Positions 38,110 to 46,845 of a stretch of DNA of 64,000 nt are shown in pieces. Positions within the stretch are counted from its first letter, which is position 1. Each line of letters opens with the position of its first letter. The translations under genes were made by a program, and so were the position numbers. Source of the stretch: Deferrisomatales bacterium (lineage in GTDB: Bacteria; Desulfobacterota; Deferrisomatia; Deferrisomatales; JACRMM01). The DNA lies in assembly GCA_033551855.1 (NCBI GenBank), contig JAWSUI010000018.1:1078-65077 (forward strand). The letters are read 5' to 3'. Under the pieces are notes generated by a model that made no database searches, had not been told where the DNA came from, and worked only from the letters and a program-made list of their open reading frames with translations.

Positions 38110-38270
38110 GGCGTTCCGGGTGAAGGGCGGTTCGATGTGAAGGGCTGTTCGATGTGAAAGGCGGTTCAAGGTTAAGCTGTTCTGGGTTCAACATCGAACG
38201 TCGAACAGATTCCAACGTCGCACAGGTTCTAACATCGAACATCGAACGGTTGTTCTGCCCTCCCCCAGCC
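38110..38270. repeat. Intercistronic word-repeat hairpin (GTTCGATGT / ACATCGAAC arms) between trpF and trpB
   Basis: GGTTCGATGTGAAGGGCTGTTCGATGTGAAAGG (left arm) faces AACATCGAACGTCGAACAG...AACATCGAACATCGAACGG (right arm). It shares CGAACrGTTGTTCTGCC with 54505-54521. Confidence 0.85.
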
Positions 38271-38274
38271 CCCG

Positions 38275-38892
38275 TCAACCCCCCTTCGCCCTCCGGATGA
38301 ACTGCCGCACCCTCTCCGGGTCCTTGACGCCCGGGGACTCCTCCGTGCCGGAGCAGCAGTCCACCGCCCAGGGGCCCACGCGGCGCACCGCCTCCGCCAC
38401 GTTCTCCGGGGTGAGCCCGCCCGCCAGGACCACGCGGCGAGAGCGGCACGCCTCCACCGCCCAGGCCCAGTCGAACGTCCGGCCCGTACCGCCCTCACCG
38501 GTGTCGAGGAGCACGGTGCGGACACCCGGGTACCGCTCCAGGAGTGCCAGGTCCTCCGCCCGGTTCAGGCTCACCGCCTTGAGGAAGGGCACCTCGAGCT
38601 GCCGCAGGTAGGAGAGGTCTTCCCCCCCGTGGAGCTGGGCGAGCCCGAGCCCGCACTCCCGGACCAGGCGCCGCACCTCCGCCGGGGGCTGGTCGCGGAA
38701 CACCCCCACCGCCGTCACGAAGGGGGGAAGCTCTTCCACGGCGCGGGCCGCGACCTCGGGGTCGGCCCGCCGGCGGCTCCCGGGGGCGAAGACGAAGCCC
38801 AGGGCGTCGGCCCCCAGCTCGGCCGCCCGGAGGGCGTCGTCCCGCCGGGTCAGGCCGCAGATCTTCACGCGCACGGAGGCGGGGCGGCTCAC
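38275..38892 (-). CDS. trpF: N-(5'-phosphoribosyl)anthranilate isomerase
   Basis: The GTG at 38892 overlaps the trpC stop (GTGA). Motifs: VKICGLTR, ADALGFVF, QLHGGE, LLDTGEGGTGRTFDW, VLAGGLTPENV. Confidence 0.9.
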   Translation of the reverse strand: MSRPASVRVKICGLTRRDDALRAAELGADALGFVFAPGSRRRADPEVAARAVEELPPFVTAVGVFRDQPPAEVRRLVRECGLGLAQLHGGEDLSYLRQLEVPFLKAVSLNRAEDLALLERYPGVRTVLLDTGEGGTGRTFDWAWAVEACRSRRVVLAGGLTPENVAEAVRRVGPWAVDCCSGTEESPGVKDPERVRQFIRRAKGG

Positions 38893-39683
38893 CGCTCCGG
38901 ACTCTTCCGCACGAAGCGGCGCAGGGCCGCCCCCGGGTCGGGCTCCCGCACCAGAGCCTCCCCGATGAGGAACGCCCGGGCGCCGAACCGGGCGAGCTCG
39001 TCCAGGTCCTCCGGCCGGCCCAGGCCGCTCTCCGCCACGGCCAGGGTGCCGGGCGGGCACCGGGGCAACAGGTCCCGGCTCACCTGCAGGTCCACCCGGA
39101 AGGTGCGCAGGTCCCGGTTGTTGACCCCGATGAGGCGCGCACCGCATCCGGCCGCCAGCCCCAGGTCCGCGGCGTCGTGCACCTCCACCAAGGGCGCGAG
39201 GCCGGCCTCCCGGGCCAGCTCGACGTACCGGGGGGTCTCGTCCCCCAGGAGCGCCGCGATCAGGAGCACCAGGTCCGCCCCCGCCGCCCGCGCCTCCCAG
39301 ACCTGGTAGGGGTCGAGCACGAAGTCCTTGTACAGCAGCGGCAGCGAGACCGCGGCCCGCACCGCCTCCAGGTCCGCGACGCTCCCGCCGAAGTGGTCCG
39401 GCTCGGTCAGGACCGAGACGGCCAGGGCGCCGGCCTCCTCGTACTGCCGGGCCAGGGAACTCGGGTCCAGCTCCGGCCGCAGCGGCCCCTTCGAGGGGCT
39501 GCGGCGTTTGATCTCGGCGATCACCGGCCGGCGGGCGGGCGGCAGGGCCGCCAGGGCGGCGACCGGGTCCCGGGCCGGGGCTCGCGCCAGGGCCCGCTCC
39601 CGCAGGGCCTCCAGGGGCTCCCGGGCCCGCGACTCCTCCACCCGCCGCCTGCGGGTCCGGGCGATCTCGTCCAGAACGGTCAT
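38889..39683 (-). CDS. trpC: Indole-3-glycerol phosphate synthase
   Basis: The ATG at 39683 overlaps the trpD stop (ATGA). Motifs: [53 protein letters not shown]. Confidence 0.9.
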   Translation of the reverse strand: MTVLDEIARTRRRRVEESRAREPLEALRERALARAPARDPVAALAALPPARRPVIAEIKRRSPSKGPLRPELDPSSLARQYEEAGALAVSVLTEPDHFGGSVADLEAVRAAVSLPLLYKDFVLDPYQVWEARAAGADLVLLIAALLGDETPRYVELAREAGLAPLVEVHDAADLGLAAGCGARLIGVNNRDLRTFRVDLQVSRDLLPRCPPGTLAVAESGLGRPEDLDELARFGARAFLIGEALVREPDPGAALRRFVRKSPER

Positions 39684-40741
39684 CGGTTCGTCAGCTCCGC
39701 CAGGCGCCGCAGCTTCTCCCGGGCCCGGCCGTCGTCCACGGCCTCCGCGGCCAGGCGCACCCCCTCGGCCAAGCCCGGCGCGACCCCCGCGACCGTCAGG
39801 GCCGCCGCCGCGTTCAGGAGCACCACGTCCCGCCGAGGCCCCGCCTCCCCGGCGAGGACTTCCCGCACGAGGGCCGCGTTCTCTTTGGCGTCCCCGCCCC
39901 GGATCGACTCCGCCGGGGCCGCGGCGAGCCCCAAGTCCTCGGGCCGCACCTCGTACTCCGTCACCGCCCCGTCCCGGAGCTCGGCCACGTGGGTGGGCCC
40001 CGTGATCGTCAGCTCGTCCAGTCCGTCCTCGCCGTGGACCACGAAGGCCCGCCGGCTCCCCAGGCGGCCCAGGACCGCGGCCAGCATCCCGGTGAGCTCC
40101 CGCCGGTAGACCCCCAGCACCTGGCACGAGGCGCCCGCAGGGTTCGTCAGCGGCCCCAGGATGTTGAAGATCGTGCGGATCCCGATCTCCCGGCGCACCG
40201 GAGCCACGTGCTTCATGGCCGAGTGCAGGAGCGGCGCGTAGAGGAAGCCGATGCCGATGGTCTCGATGCACTCCTGCACCCGCTCCGGCGTCACGTCCAG
40301 GTTCACCCCCAACGCCTCGAGGACGTCGGCGCTCCCGCAGCGGCTCGAGACCGCCCGGTTGCCGTGCTTGGCGACGCGGACTCCGGCGCCCGCCAGCACG
40401 AAGGCCGTGGTGGTGGAGATGTTGAAGGTCTGGGTGGCGTCTCCCCCCGTGCCGCAGGTGTCGACAATGGTCTCGAGGTCCACGTTGATCTCGTCCCGGT
40501 CGATGGAGACCACCGGGGCGGACCGCGGTCCCACCCGGATCGGCGTGGCCCGCTCCCGCATGACCCGGGCGGCACCGGTGATCTCCTCCACCGTCTCCCC
40601 CTTCATCCGGAGCGCCGTCAGGAAGGCCGCCATCTGGGCCGGTGTGGCCTCGCCGCCCATGATCGCCTCCATGGCGTCGATCATCTCCCCCTCGGTCAGA
40701 TCACGCCGCTCCACCAGCTTGTGGATCATGTCTTTCAGCAA
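39680..40741 (-). CDS. trpD: Anthranilate phosphoribosyltransferase
   Basis: Starts at TTG 40741; the N-terminal length matches homologues as I recall them. Motifs: [39 protein letters not shown]. Confidence 0.9.
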   Translation of the reverse strand: MLKDMIHKLVERRDLTEGEMIDAMEAIMGGEATPAQMAAFLTALRMKGETVEEITGAARVMRERATPIRVGPRSAPVVSIDRDEINVDLETIVDTCGTGGDATQTFNISTTTAFVLAGAGVRVAKHGNRAVSSRCGSADVLEALGVNLDVTPERVQECIETIGIGFLYAPLLHSAMKHVAPVRREIGIRTIFNILGPLTNPAGASCQVLGVYRRELTGMLAAVLGRLGSRRAFVVHGEDGLDELTITGPTHVAELRDGAVTEYEVRPEDLGLAAAPAESIRGGDAKENAALVREVLAGEAGPRRDVVLLNAAAALTVAGVAPGLAEGVRLAAEAVDDGRAREKLRRLAELTNR

Positions 40742-40759
40742 GGCAGCTCTCCGTTGGCC

Positions 40760-41035
40760 AGTGAGTGGTGACCGTCGTCTGTCTTCCGTCCTCGGTCTTC
40801 CGTCCGCCGTTGTCCGTCCCTGTCGTGGGCCGGGGTCCGGTTGATTCGTTTGATTCTACTTCGTGTGATGAGTTGGGTTCGTTAGATCCGGCGTACCGCT
40901 CCAAGCCATCGACCCAACTGCCGAACCGCTAAACCGGTCCGACCAGCTTCTCAACCAATCAACCCAATGAAACCAGATTTTCCTTGCCCCCAAGACCTCG
41001 AACCTCGAACAGCTTCCAACCTCGAACACAGGGTT
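40760..41035. repeat. Intercistronic word-repeat element between trpG and trpD
   Basis: On the + strand it reads CCGTCC-type words (40785-40825), a GGTTGATTCGTTTGATTC arm, AACCAATCAACCCAATGAAACC (40953-40974), then CCTCGAAC words (40994-41029). Confidence 0.85.
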
Positions 41036-41608
41036 TCACACCGGCACCTCCAGGAAGTTGCGCAGGATGTCCATCCCGGCCGCGGTCAGGATCGACTCGG
41101 GGTGGTACTGGAGGCCGTAGAGCCGGGCGTCGTCGGCGGCGATCCCCATGATCTCGTCGTCCTCGACCGTCCAGGCCGTGCGGCGGAAACGGGCCGGCAG
41201 GGTGCCGGGCCGGATCACCAGGGAGTGGTAGCGCGTCGCCTCGAAGGGGTTGGGGATGCCCCGGTACAGCCCGGTGCCGTCGTGGTGAACGGCCGAGACC
41301 TTGCCGTGCATGATCCGCTTGGCCCTCACGATCTCCGCCCCGAAGGCGTAGCCCATGGCCTGGTGGCCCAGGCACACCCCCAGCAGCGGCACCCGCCCGT
41401 CGAGCCGCCGGATGAGCTCCACGCTCACCCCTGCCCCCGAGGGTTCGCCGGGGCCCGGGGAGACGACCACCCTCTCCGGCCGCAGGCGCTCGACCTCCGC
41501 AGCGGTGATCTTGTCGTTGCGGAACACCGTCACCTCCTCCCCCAGAATCCCGAAGTACTGGACCAGGTTGTAGGTGAAGGAGTCGTAATTGTCGATCATC
41601 AGCAGCAT
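41036..41608 (-). CDS. trpG: Anthranilate synthase component II (glutamine amidotransferase)
   Basis: Sequence: MLLMIDNYDSFTYNLVQY, catalytic GVCLGHQ, and an HPES His-Glu block. Confidence 0.9.
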   Translation of the reverse strand: MLLMIDNYDSFTYNLVQYFGILGEEVTVFRNDKITAAEVERLRPERVVVSPGPGEPSGAGVSVELIRRLDGRVPLLGVCLGHQAMGYAFGAEIVRAKRIMHGKVSAVHHDGTGLYRGIPNPFEATRYHSLVIRPGTLPARFRRTAWTVEDDEIMGIAADDARLYGLQYHPESILTAAGMDILRNFLEVPV

Positions 41609-41858
41609 TGTAGATCCAAGTTTACGGTTAAAAACTGATGGATGCCAAATGGTTGCTTGGTATTATTTGGTTTATTTGTTTAATTGGTTTGATTGGGTTG
41701 ATTGGTTTTACAGCTGGTTCGATTGTTTTGACAGGTACCTGAAACTAGTCAGTTCAGTCATCAAACGAATCAAATTAGACAAACCAATTAAGTTAAACCA
41801 ATTGAACCAATCAACCCAATCAAACGCCTCCGTCCTCCGTCCTCCGGACAGTCCCCCG
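41609..41858. repeat. AT-richer intercistronic word-repeat hairpin between trpE and trpG
   Basis: A perfect 21-bp stem: GTTTGATTGGGTTGATTGGTT (41690-41710) pairs with AACCAATCAACCCAATCAAAC (41805-41825). It is flanked by (CCGTCCT)n at 41826-41847. Confidence 0.9.
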
Positions 41859-43325
41859 TCACCCCCCCTCCAGCCCGGCGGCGGCCACGCGCAGGGCGCG
41901 CCGCAGGGCTTCGGCCTTGTGCAGGGTCTCCTCGTACTCCCGCGCGGGGTCCGAGTCGGCGACGATGCCCGCGCCGGCCTGCAGGTAGACCCTGCCGCCG
42001 TGGAAGACCATGGTCCGGATCGTGATGCACGTGTCCACGTTCCCGTCGAACCCCAGGTAGCCCACGGCGCCGGCATACGCCCCGCGCTCCCGGGGCTCGA
42101 GCTCGGAGATGAGCTCCATGGCCCGGACCTTGGGCGCCCCCGAGACCGTGCCTGCCGGAAAGGCGGCACCGAGGGCCTCGAGGCCGTCCACCCCTTCCCG
42201 CAGCTCCGCCGAGACCGTGGACACCAGGTGCATCACGTGGGAGTAACGCTCCACGGCGAAGGACTCCTCGAGCCGAACCGCCCCCGGCCTGGCCACCCGC
42301 CCCAGGTCGTTCCGCCCCAGGTCCACCAGCATCACGTGCTCGGCCCGCTCCTTGGCGTCGGCCAGCAGCTCCGCCTCCAGGGACGCGTCCTCGGCGGCGG
42401 TCGCCCCCCGGGGCCGGGTGCCCGCGATGGGGCGGACCACCGCCCGGTTCCCCTCCACCCGCACCATCACCTCCGGGCTCGCCCCCACCAGGGTCTCCTC
42501 CCCCATGGCCAGGTGGAAGAGGTAGGGGCTCGGGTTGAGGGCGCGCAGCGCCCGGTACGCGGTGAAGGGGTCGACCGCGCAGGGCCCCTCGAAGCCCTGG
42601 GAGAGGACCACCTGGATCGCCTCGCCGGCGTGGACGACCTCCCGCGCCCGGAGCACCATGGCCTCGAAGAGCTGCCGCGGGATCACCGGCAGGACCTCCG
42701 GGGGCGGCCGGCGCGGCGGGAACACCGCCCCCTCGGGCAGGGGTCGGCGCAGGCGCGCCAGCACCCCGTCGATCGCCTCGCGGGCCCGGTCGTAGCCTCG
42801 CCGCCCTTCACGGGAATCGACGAGCACGAGGACGTCGAGGGTCTTCCGCACGTTGTCGAAGGCCAGGAGCTTGCGGGGGGCGAAGAGACGCAGGTCCGGG
42901 AGCCCCGCGGGGTGCTCGGGCAGCCGCGGGATCTCCTCGAAGAGCCGGGCCGCACCGTACCCCAGGTAGCCCACCAGCCCCCCCGCCAGCCGGGGGAGCC
43001 CGGGCAGCCGCGGGAGCCGGTGCTGGGCCAGGAGCCCGCGCAGGGCCGCCAGGGGGGCGCCGGACCGCTCCAGGTCCTCCCCCCGCCGGACCCACGTCTC
43101 GTTGCCCCGTGCCTCCACGGTCAGGAAGGGGTCGAACCCCACCAGAGAATAGCGGCCCCACTGGGTACCCCCCTCCACGCTCTCCAGCAGGAAGGACCAG
43201 GGACCGGCAGCGGCCTTGAGGTACGTGCTCACCGGGGTCTCCGTGTCCGCCGGGACGCGCCGCACCACCGGCACCAGGGGGTAGCCCCGCGCCAGCTCCT
43301 CGAAGGTGCTCCGATCGGTCGTCAT
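41859..43325 (-). CDS. trpE: Anthranilate synthase component I
   Basis: ATG at 43325 (MTTDRSTFEELARGYPLVPV). Motifs: LLESVEGG, IAGTRPRG, HVMLVDLGRND, GAYAGAVGY. The 73 upstream codons of the track ORF cross REP sequence. Confidence 0.9.
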   Translation of the reverse strand: MTTDRSTFEELARGYPLVPVVRRVPADTETPVSTYLKAAAGPWSFLLESVEGGTQWGRYSLVGFDPFLTVEARGNETWVRRGEDLERSGAPLAALRGLLAQHRLPRLPGLPRLAGGLVGYLGYGAARLFEEIPRLPEHPAGLPDLRLFAPRKLLAFDNVRKTLDVLVLVDSREGRRGYDRAREAIDGVLARLRRPLPEGAVFPPRRPPPEVLPVIPRQLFEAMVLRAREVVHAGEAIQVVLSQGFEGPCAVDPFTAYRALRALNPSPYLFHLAMGEETLVGASPEVMVRVEGNRAVVRPIAGTRPRGATAAEDASLEAELLADAKERAEHVMLVDLGRNDLGRVARPGAVRLEESFAVERYSHVMHLVSTVSAELREGVDGLEALGAAFPAGTVSGAPKVRAMELISELEPRERGAYAGAVGYLGFDGNVDTCITIRTMVFHGGRVYLQAGAGIVADSDPAREYEETLHKAEALRRALRVAAAGLEGG

Positions 43326-43454
43326 GGGTCCTTCCCGTGGGCAGAAGACGTGGCTCGGTCGCGATCTGGGCGGGCAAGCGGGCGTGGGCGGCACCCGCCC
43401 CGTTTGCTCCTCCCCCTTCCACGGCATGGGCGCCAACTTTGCGGAACAGCCCAG

Positions 43455-43585
43455 CCCCGAAAGCGCCCTCTCCCTCAGGGAGAGGGCTGGGGTGAGGGTG
43501 GGGTGGGGCCCGTAACCACCTGACATCGAGCGCGACGTTGACAACCCATCCCCACCCTTGCCCTCCCCTTGAAGGGGAGGGAACC
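43455..43585. repeat. Two REP-like palindromic elements upstream of trpE
   Basis: GCCCTCTCCCTCAGGGAGAGGGCTGGGGTGAGGGTG at about 43468-43503. TTGACAACCCATCCCCACCCTTGCCCTCCCCTTGAAGGGGAGGGAACC at 43538-43585, which contains the palindrome CCCTCCCCTT/AAGGGGAGGG. Confidence 0.8.
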
Positions 43586-43842
43586 GTCGGCTCCGCCCCC
43601 AAGAGGCAAAGCACGCAACAACGTCAGGGGGCCGCGGTTCGGTTCCCGCGGCCCCCTGCCCTCAGACAGAAAAACCGCGGACGGTGTGTGGGCCGTCCGC
43701 GGCTCGTTGCTCTCGACACGACACGCCGGCGGTCAGCCCCTCCTCACGGGCCACCGCCACCACCAACCGGTCTGCAGGCTCGGTTCACGACGCATGGCCG
43801 GTACGCTACCAGAAGCCCCCGGGGCGGGTCAACGCCCTTCCC

Positions 43843-44001
43843 GGGAGCTTCCGTGGCTTCTGTGGGTGCGAGGAAACACCGTGTTCTCGCGCAGGGGCGC
43901 ACCAGAGGCGCCGGGAAAGACATCGAATTCCTCCGCGTCCCAGCGGCTCTGCGCGAGATCGTTCTTGCCCTTGATGGACCCACTGGGTTTCCGAAAGGGC
44001 C
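43843..44001 (+). repeat. MITE-like intergenic element, copy B
   Basis: Aligns with 13004-13159 over its full length. Confidence 0.8.
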
Positions 44002-44053
44002 ACTTCCCGAGCCCGAACCCGCCGCCCCCTGCCGGGCAGGGCCCGGGAGCCCG

Positions 44054-46609
44054 TCAGCTCCACGCCACGAGCCCCAGGTCCCAGGGTCCCGCCAGGTTGG
44101 GGTGGTGGGGCAACACCCGCACCGCGTACCCCACCTTCCCGCTGCGCTCGCAGGGGACCTCGCCCAGGAAGTCGTGGGTGCCGTCCTCCTGCACCGCGTC
44201 GTAACGCAGGGTGCGACGCGACGCCTCCCCGAGCCCCCCAAAGGGGTCCAGGCGCCCGTAGTAGAGCTCGAGGAGGACGTCCTGGGGATCCAGGCCGTTC
44301 AGCGCCACCGTGCACCGCACGGCAAACTCCTCGCCCACGTGCATCTCCCGCTGGTCGTCCGCCTCCACCGACACCACCCGCACCCCCGGCCAGGCCGCGC
44401 GCACGCGCTCCTTCCAGCGGGCCAGCGCCCGGGCCGCCTGGAAGCCGCTGCGGCTCAGGCGGCTCCAGTGCTGGAGCGCCGGCAGGTAGAAGTGCTCCGC
44501 GTACTCCCGGATCATCCGGTTGGTGTTGTAGACCGGCGTGAGGCGCCCCATGGAGTGCTTCATCCGGCTGATCCAGCCCCGGGAGAGGCCGTCGTCCCCC
44601 CGCTGGTAGAACAGGGGCACCACCTCCTCCTCCAGCAGGTCGTACAGCGCCCGGCTCTCCACTTCGTCCTGGGCCGCCGGGTCGTCGTACTCCTCGCCGC
44701 GGCCGATCGCCCAGCCGACCTCGCCGTCGTAGGCCTCGTCCCACCACCCGTCGAGCACGCTCAGGTTCAGCCCGCCGTTGGCCGGCACCTTCATGCCGCT
44801 GGTGCCGCAGGCCTCCAGGGGCCGGCGGGGCGTGTTCAGCCAGACGTCGGCGCCCTGCACCAGGTAGCGGCCGATGTTCACGTCGTAGTCCTCCAGGAAC
44901 ACCACCCGCTTGCGGAGCTCCTTCTTGCGGCACTGGTGGATGATCTCCTGGATGAACCGCTTCCCCTCGTTGTCCGCAGGGTGGGCCTTGCCGGCGAAGA
45001 TGATCTGCACGGGCCGCTCCGGGTCGTTGAGGATCCGGGCCAGGCGCTCGGGGTCCCGGAAGAGGAGGTTCGCCCGCTTGTAGGTCGCGAACCGCCGGGC
45101 GAAGCCGATGGTGAGCGCCTCGGGGTCCAGCACCTCCTCGGCGTGCTGGAGCTCCTGGGCCGGGGCGCCGCGGCGGTGGAACTGCTCCGTGAGGCGCCGC
45201 CGCACGAACCCCACCAGCCGCTCCCGCAGCCGCTCCTTGGCCCGCCACAGCTCGTTGTCCGGGATCTGCCGCACCCGGCCCCACATCTCCTGGTCCAGCG
45301 GCTCGTCCACCCACTGGGGCCCCAGGTAGCGCCCGAAGAGCCGGGCCATCTCGTCGGAGAGCCACGAGCGCACGTGCACGCCGTTCGTCACGTGGCCGAT
45401 GGGCACCTCCGCCACCGGGATGCCGGGCCACACGCCGGCCCACATCTTCCGCGAGACCTCCCCGTGGAGGCGGCTCACGCCGTTGCGGTGGGCACTGAGG
45501 CGGATGGCCAGCACCGCCATGGACAGGGGCTCCCGCGGGTCCGCCGGGTTCTGGCGCCCCAGGCCCAGCAGGTCCTGCGTCCCGATCCCGAGGGAGCGCA
45601 CGTAGTCCCCCAGGTACGACTCGACCATCTCGGGGGGGAACAGGTCGATGCCGGCGGGCACCGGGGTGTGGGTGGTGAAGACCGTTCCGGCACACACCGC
45701 CTCGAGGGCCTCCCAGAAGCCGAACCCCGTACGCTCCATGAGCAGGCGGATGCGCTCCAGCCCCAGGAACGCGGCGTGGCCCTCGTTCATGTGGCAAACC
45801 GACGGGTCGATGCCCAAGGCGTGGAGCATCCGCACACCGCCGATGCCCAGCACCAGCTCCTGCCGGATGCGCAGCTCCAGCCCCGGCCCGTAGAGCTGGT
45901 AGGTGATCGCGCGCTCCGCGGGCCCGTTCTCCTCGAGGTTCGTGTCGAGCAGGTACAGGGGCACCCGGCCCACCTGGAGCTTCCACGCCTGCACGAGGAT
46001 CCGGCGGCCGTGGATGGAGAGCTCCACCCGGGCCCGCCGGCCCTCGGCGTCCAGCACCGGCCGCACCGGCATGTTGTGGAAGTCGTTCTCCGGGTACACC
46101 TCCTGCTGCCACCCGTCGTGGGTGAGGTACTGGTGGAAGTACCCCTGGCGGTACATCAGCCCCACCCCCACCATCGGCAGCCCCAGCTCGCTCGTGCTCT
46201 TGAAGTGGTCGCCGGCCAGGACGCCCAGGCCGCCGGAGTAGATCGGCAGGCACTCGTGCAGCCCGAACTCCATGGAGAAGTAGGCCACCTGATGCCCCTG
46301 GAGCTCCGGGTGGGCCCTCTGGGCCCAGGTGGGCATGGCCAGGTAGCGCCCCAGGGACTGGGCCACGTGGTCCAGGTGGGCCAGGAAGACGTCGTCGCCC
46401 TCCAGCGCCTTCAGGCGCTCCTGCTCGATCAGGCCCAGCATTTGGACCGGGTTGTGGTACGTGGCGGACCACAGGTCGTGATCCATCCTGCGGAAGAGAT
46501 CCACGGCGTCGGGGTTCCAGGTCCACCAGAGGTTGTTCGCGATCTCCTGCAGCGGCTGCAGCCGTTCGGGAAGGCTGGGCACGACGGTGAAGGTGCGAAG
46601 GTGGCTCAT
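44054..46609 (-). CDS. glgP: Alpha-glucan phosphorylase (GlgP family, DUF3417-type N-terminus)
   Basis: ATG at 46609 ([32 protein letters not shown]). Blocks: [16 protein letters not shown], and the PLP-site region EACGTSGMK. Confidence 0.9.
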   Translation of the reverse strand: MSHLRTFTVVPSLPERLQPLQEIANNLWWTWNPDAVDLFRRMDHDLWSATYHNPVQMLGLIEQERLKALEGDDVFLAHLDHVAQSLGRYLAMPTWAQRAHPELQGHQVAYFSMEFGLHECLPIYSGGLGVLAGDHFKSTSELGLPMVGVGLMYRQGYFHQYLTHDGWQQEVYPENDFHNMPVRPVLDAEGRRARVELSIHGRRILVQAWKLQVGRVPLYLLDTNLEENGPAERAITYQLYGPGLELRIRQELVLGIGGVRMLHALGIDPSVCHMNEGHAAFLGLERIRLLMERTGFGFWEALEAVCAGTVFTTHTPVPAGIDLFPPEMVESYLGDYVRSLGIGTQDLLGLGRQNPADPREPLSMAVLAIRLSAHRNGVSRLHGEVSRKMWAGVWPGIPVAEVPIGHVTNGVHVRSWLSDEMARLFGRYLGPQWVDEPLDQEMWGRVRQIPDNELWRAKERLRERLVGFVRRRLTEQFHRRGAPAQELQHAEEVLDPEALTIGFARRFATYKRANLLFRDPERLARILNDPERPVQIIFAGKAHPADNEGKRFIQEIIHQCRKKELRKRVVFLEDYDVNIGRYLVQGADVWLNTPRRPLEACGTSGMKVPANGGLNLSVLDGWWDEAYDGEVGWAIGRGEEYDDPAAQDEVESRALYDLLEEEVVPLFYQRGDDGLSRGWISRMKHSMGRLTPVYNTNRMIREYAEHFYLPALQHWSRLSRSGFQAARALARWKERVRAAWPGVRVVSVEADDQREMHVGEEFAVRCTVALNGLDPQDVLLELYYGRLDPFGGLGEASRRTLRYDAVQEDGTHDFLGEVPCERSGKVGYAVRVLPHHPNLAGPWDLGLVAWS

Positions 46610-46698
46610 GGGCCAGGCTCCTGTGCGGGAGGGGGCTTCCGGACCGTCCCTACCTACCACCCCCGCCCCGGAATCGCAACGGCCGGTGAAAACCGAGG

Positions 46699-46746
46699 AC
46701 GGAAGACGGAGGACGGAGGACCGGTCCTCCGTCCTCCGTCCTCCGT
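46699..46746. repeat. 48-nt near-perfect palindrome built from GGACGGA heptamers
   Basis: The arms at 46705-46722 and 46723-46740 pair perfectly (18 bp). With one mismatch the pairing extends to 24 bp per arm, centred on CCGG at 46721-46724. It lies between divergent glgP and the NUDIX gene. Confidence 0.9.
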
Positions 46747-46845
46747 GGTAGGATGGTGCCTCCCGGGACGCCCGGCCCCGGGGGGAGACGTCGATCGTGC
46801 CGGGTCGAGACGGCGGGCTGCGGCGCCCGCCGGGGAGAGGCGTCG

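Noticed and set aside
36055-38169. 704-aa ORF on the - strand
   Set aside because: Only the C-terminal 272 codons are TrpA. The rest is an alternative frame of trpB.
41609-41858. A small gene or foreign AT-rich insertion in the trpE-trpG spacer
   Set aside because: No ORF with a start and RBS is present. The low GC is explained by the TTGATTGG/CCAATCAA word arrays, which also occur in the liv operon.
43326-43560. A tryptophan attenuator leader peptide or T-box upstream of trpE
   Set aside because: Reading all three sense frames by eye, I found no short ORF with tandem Trp codons and no recognisable specifier or T-box sequence. The region is occupied by REP palindromes. A covariance-model search would be needed to exclude a leader formally.
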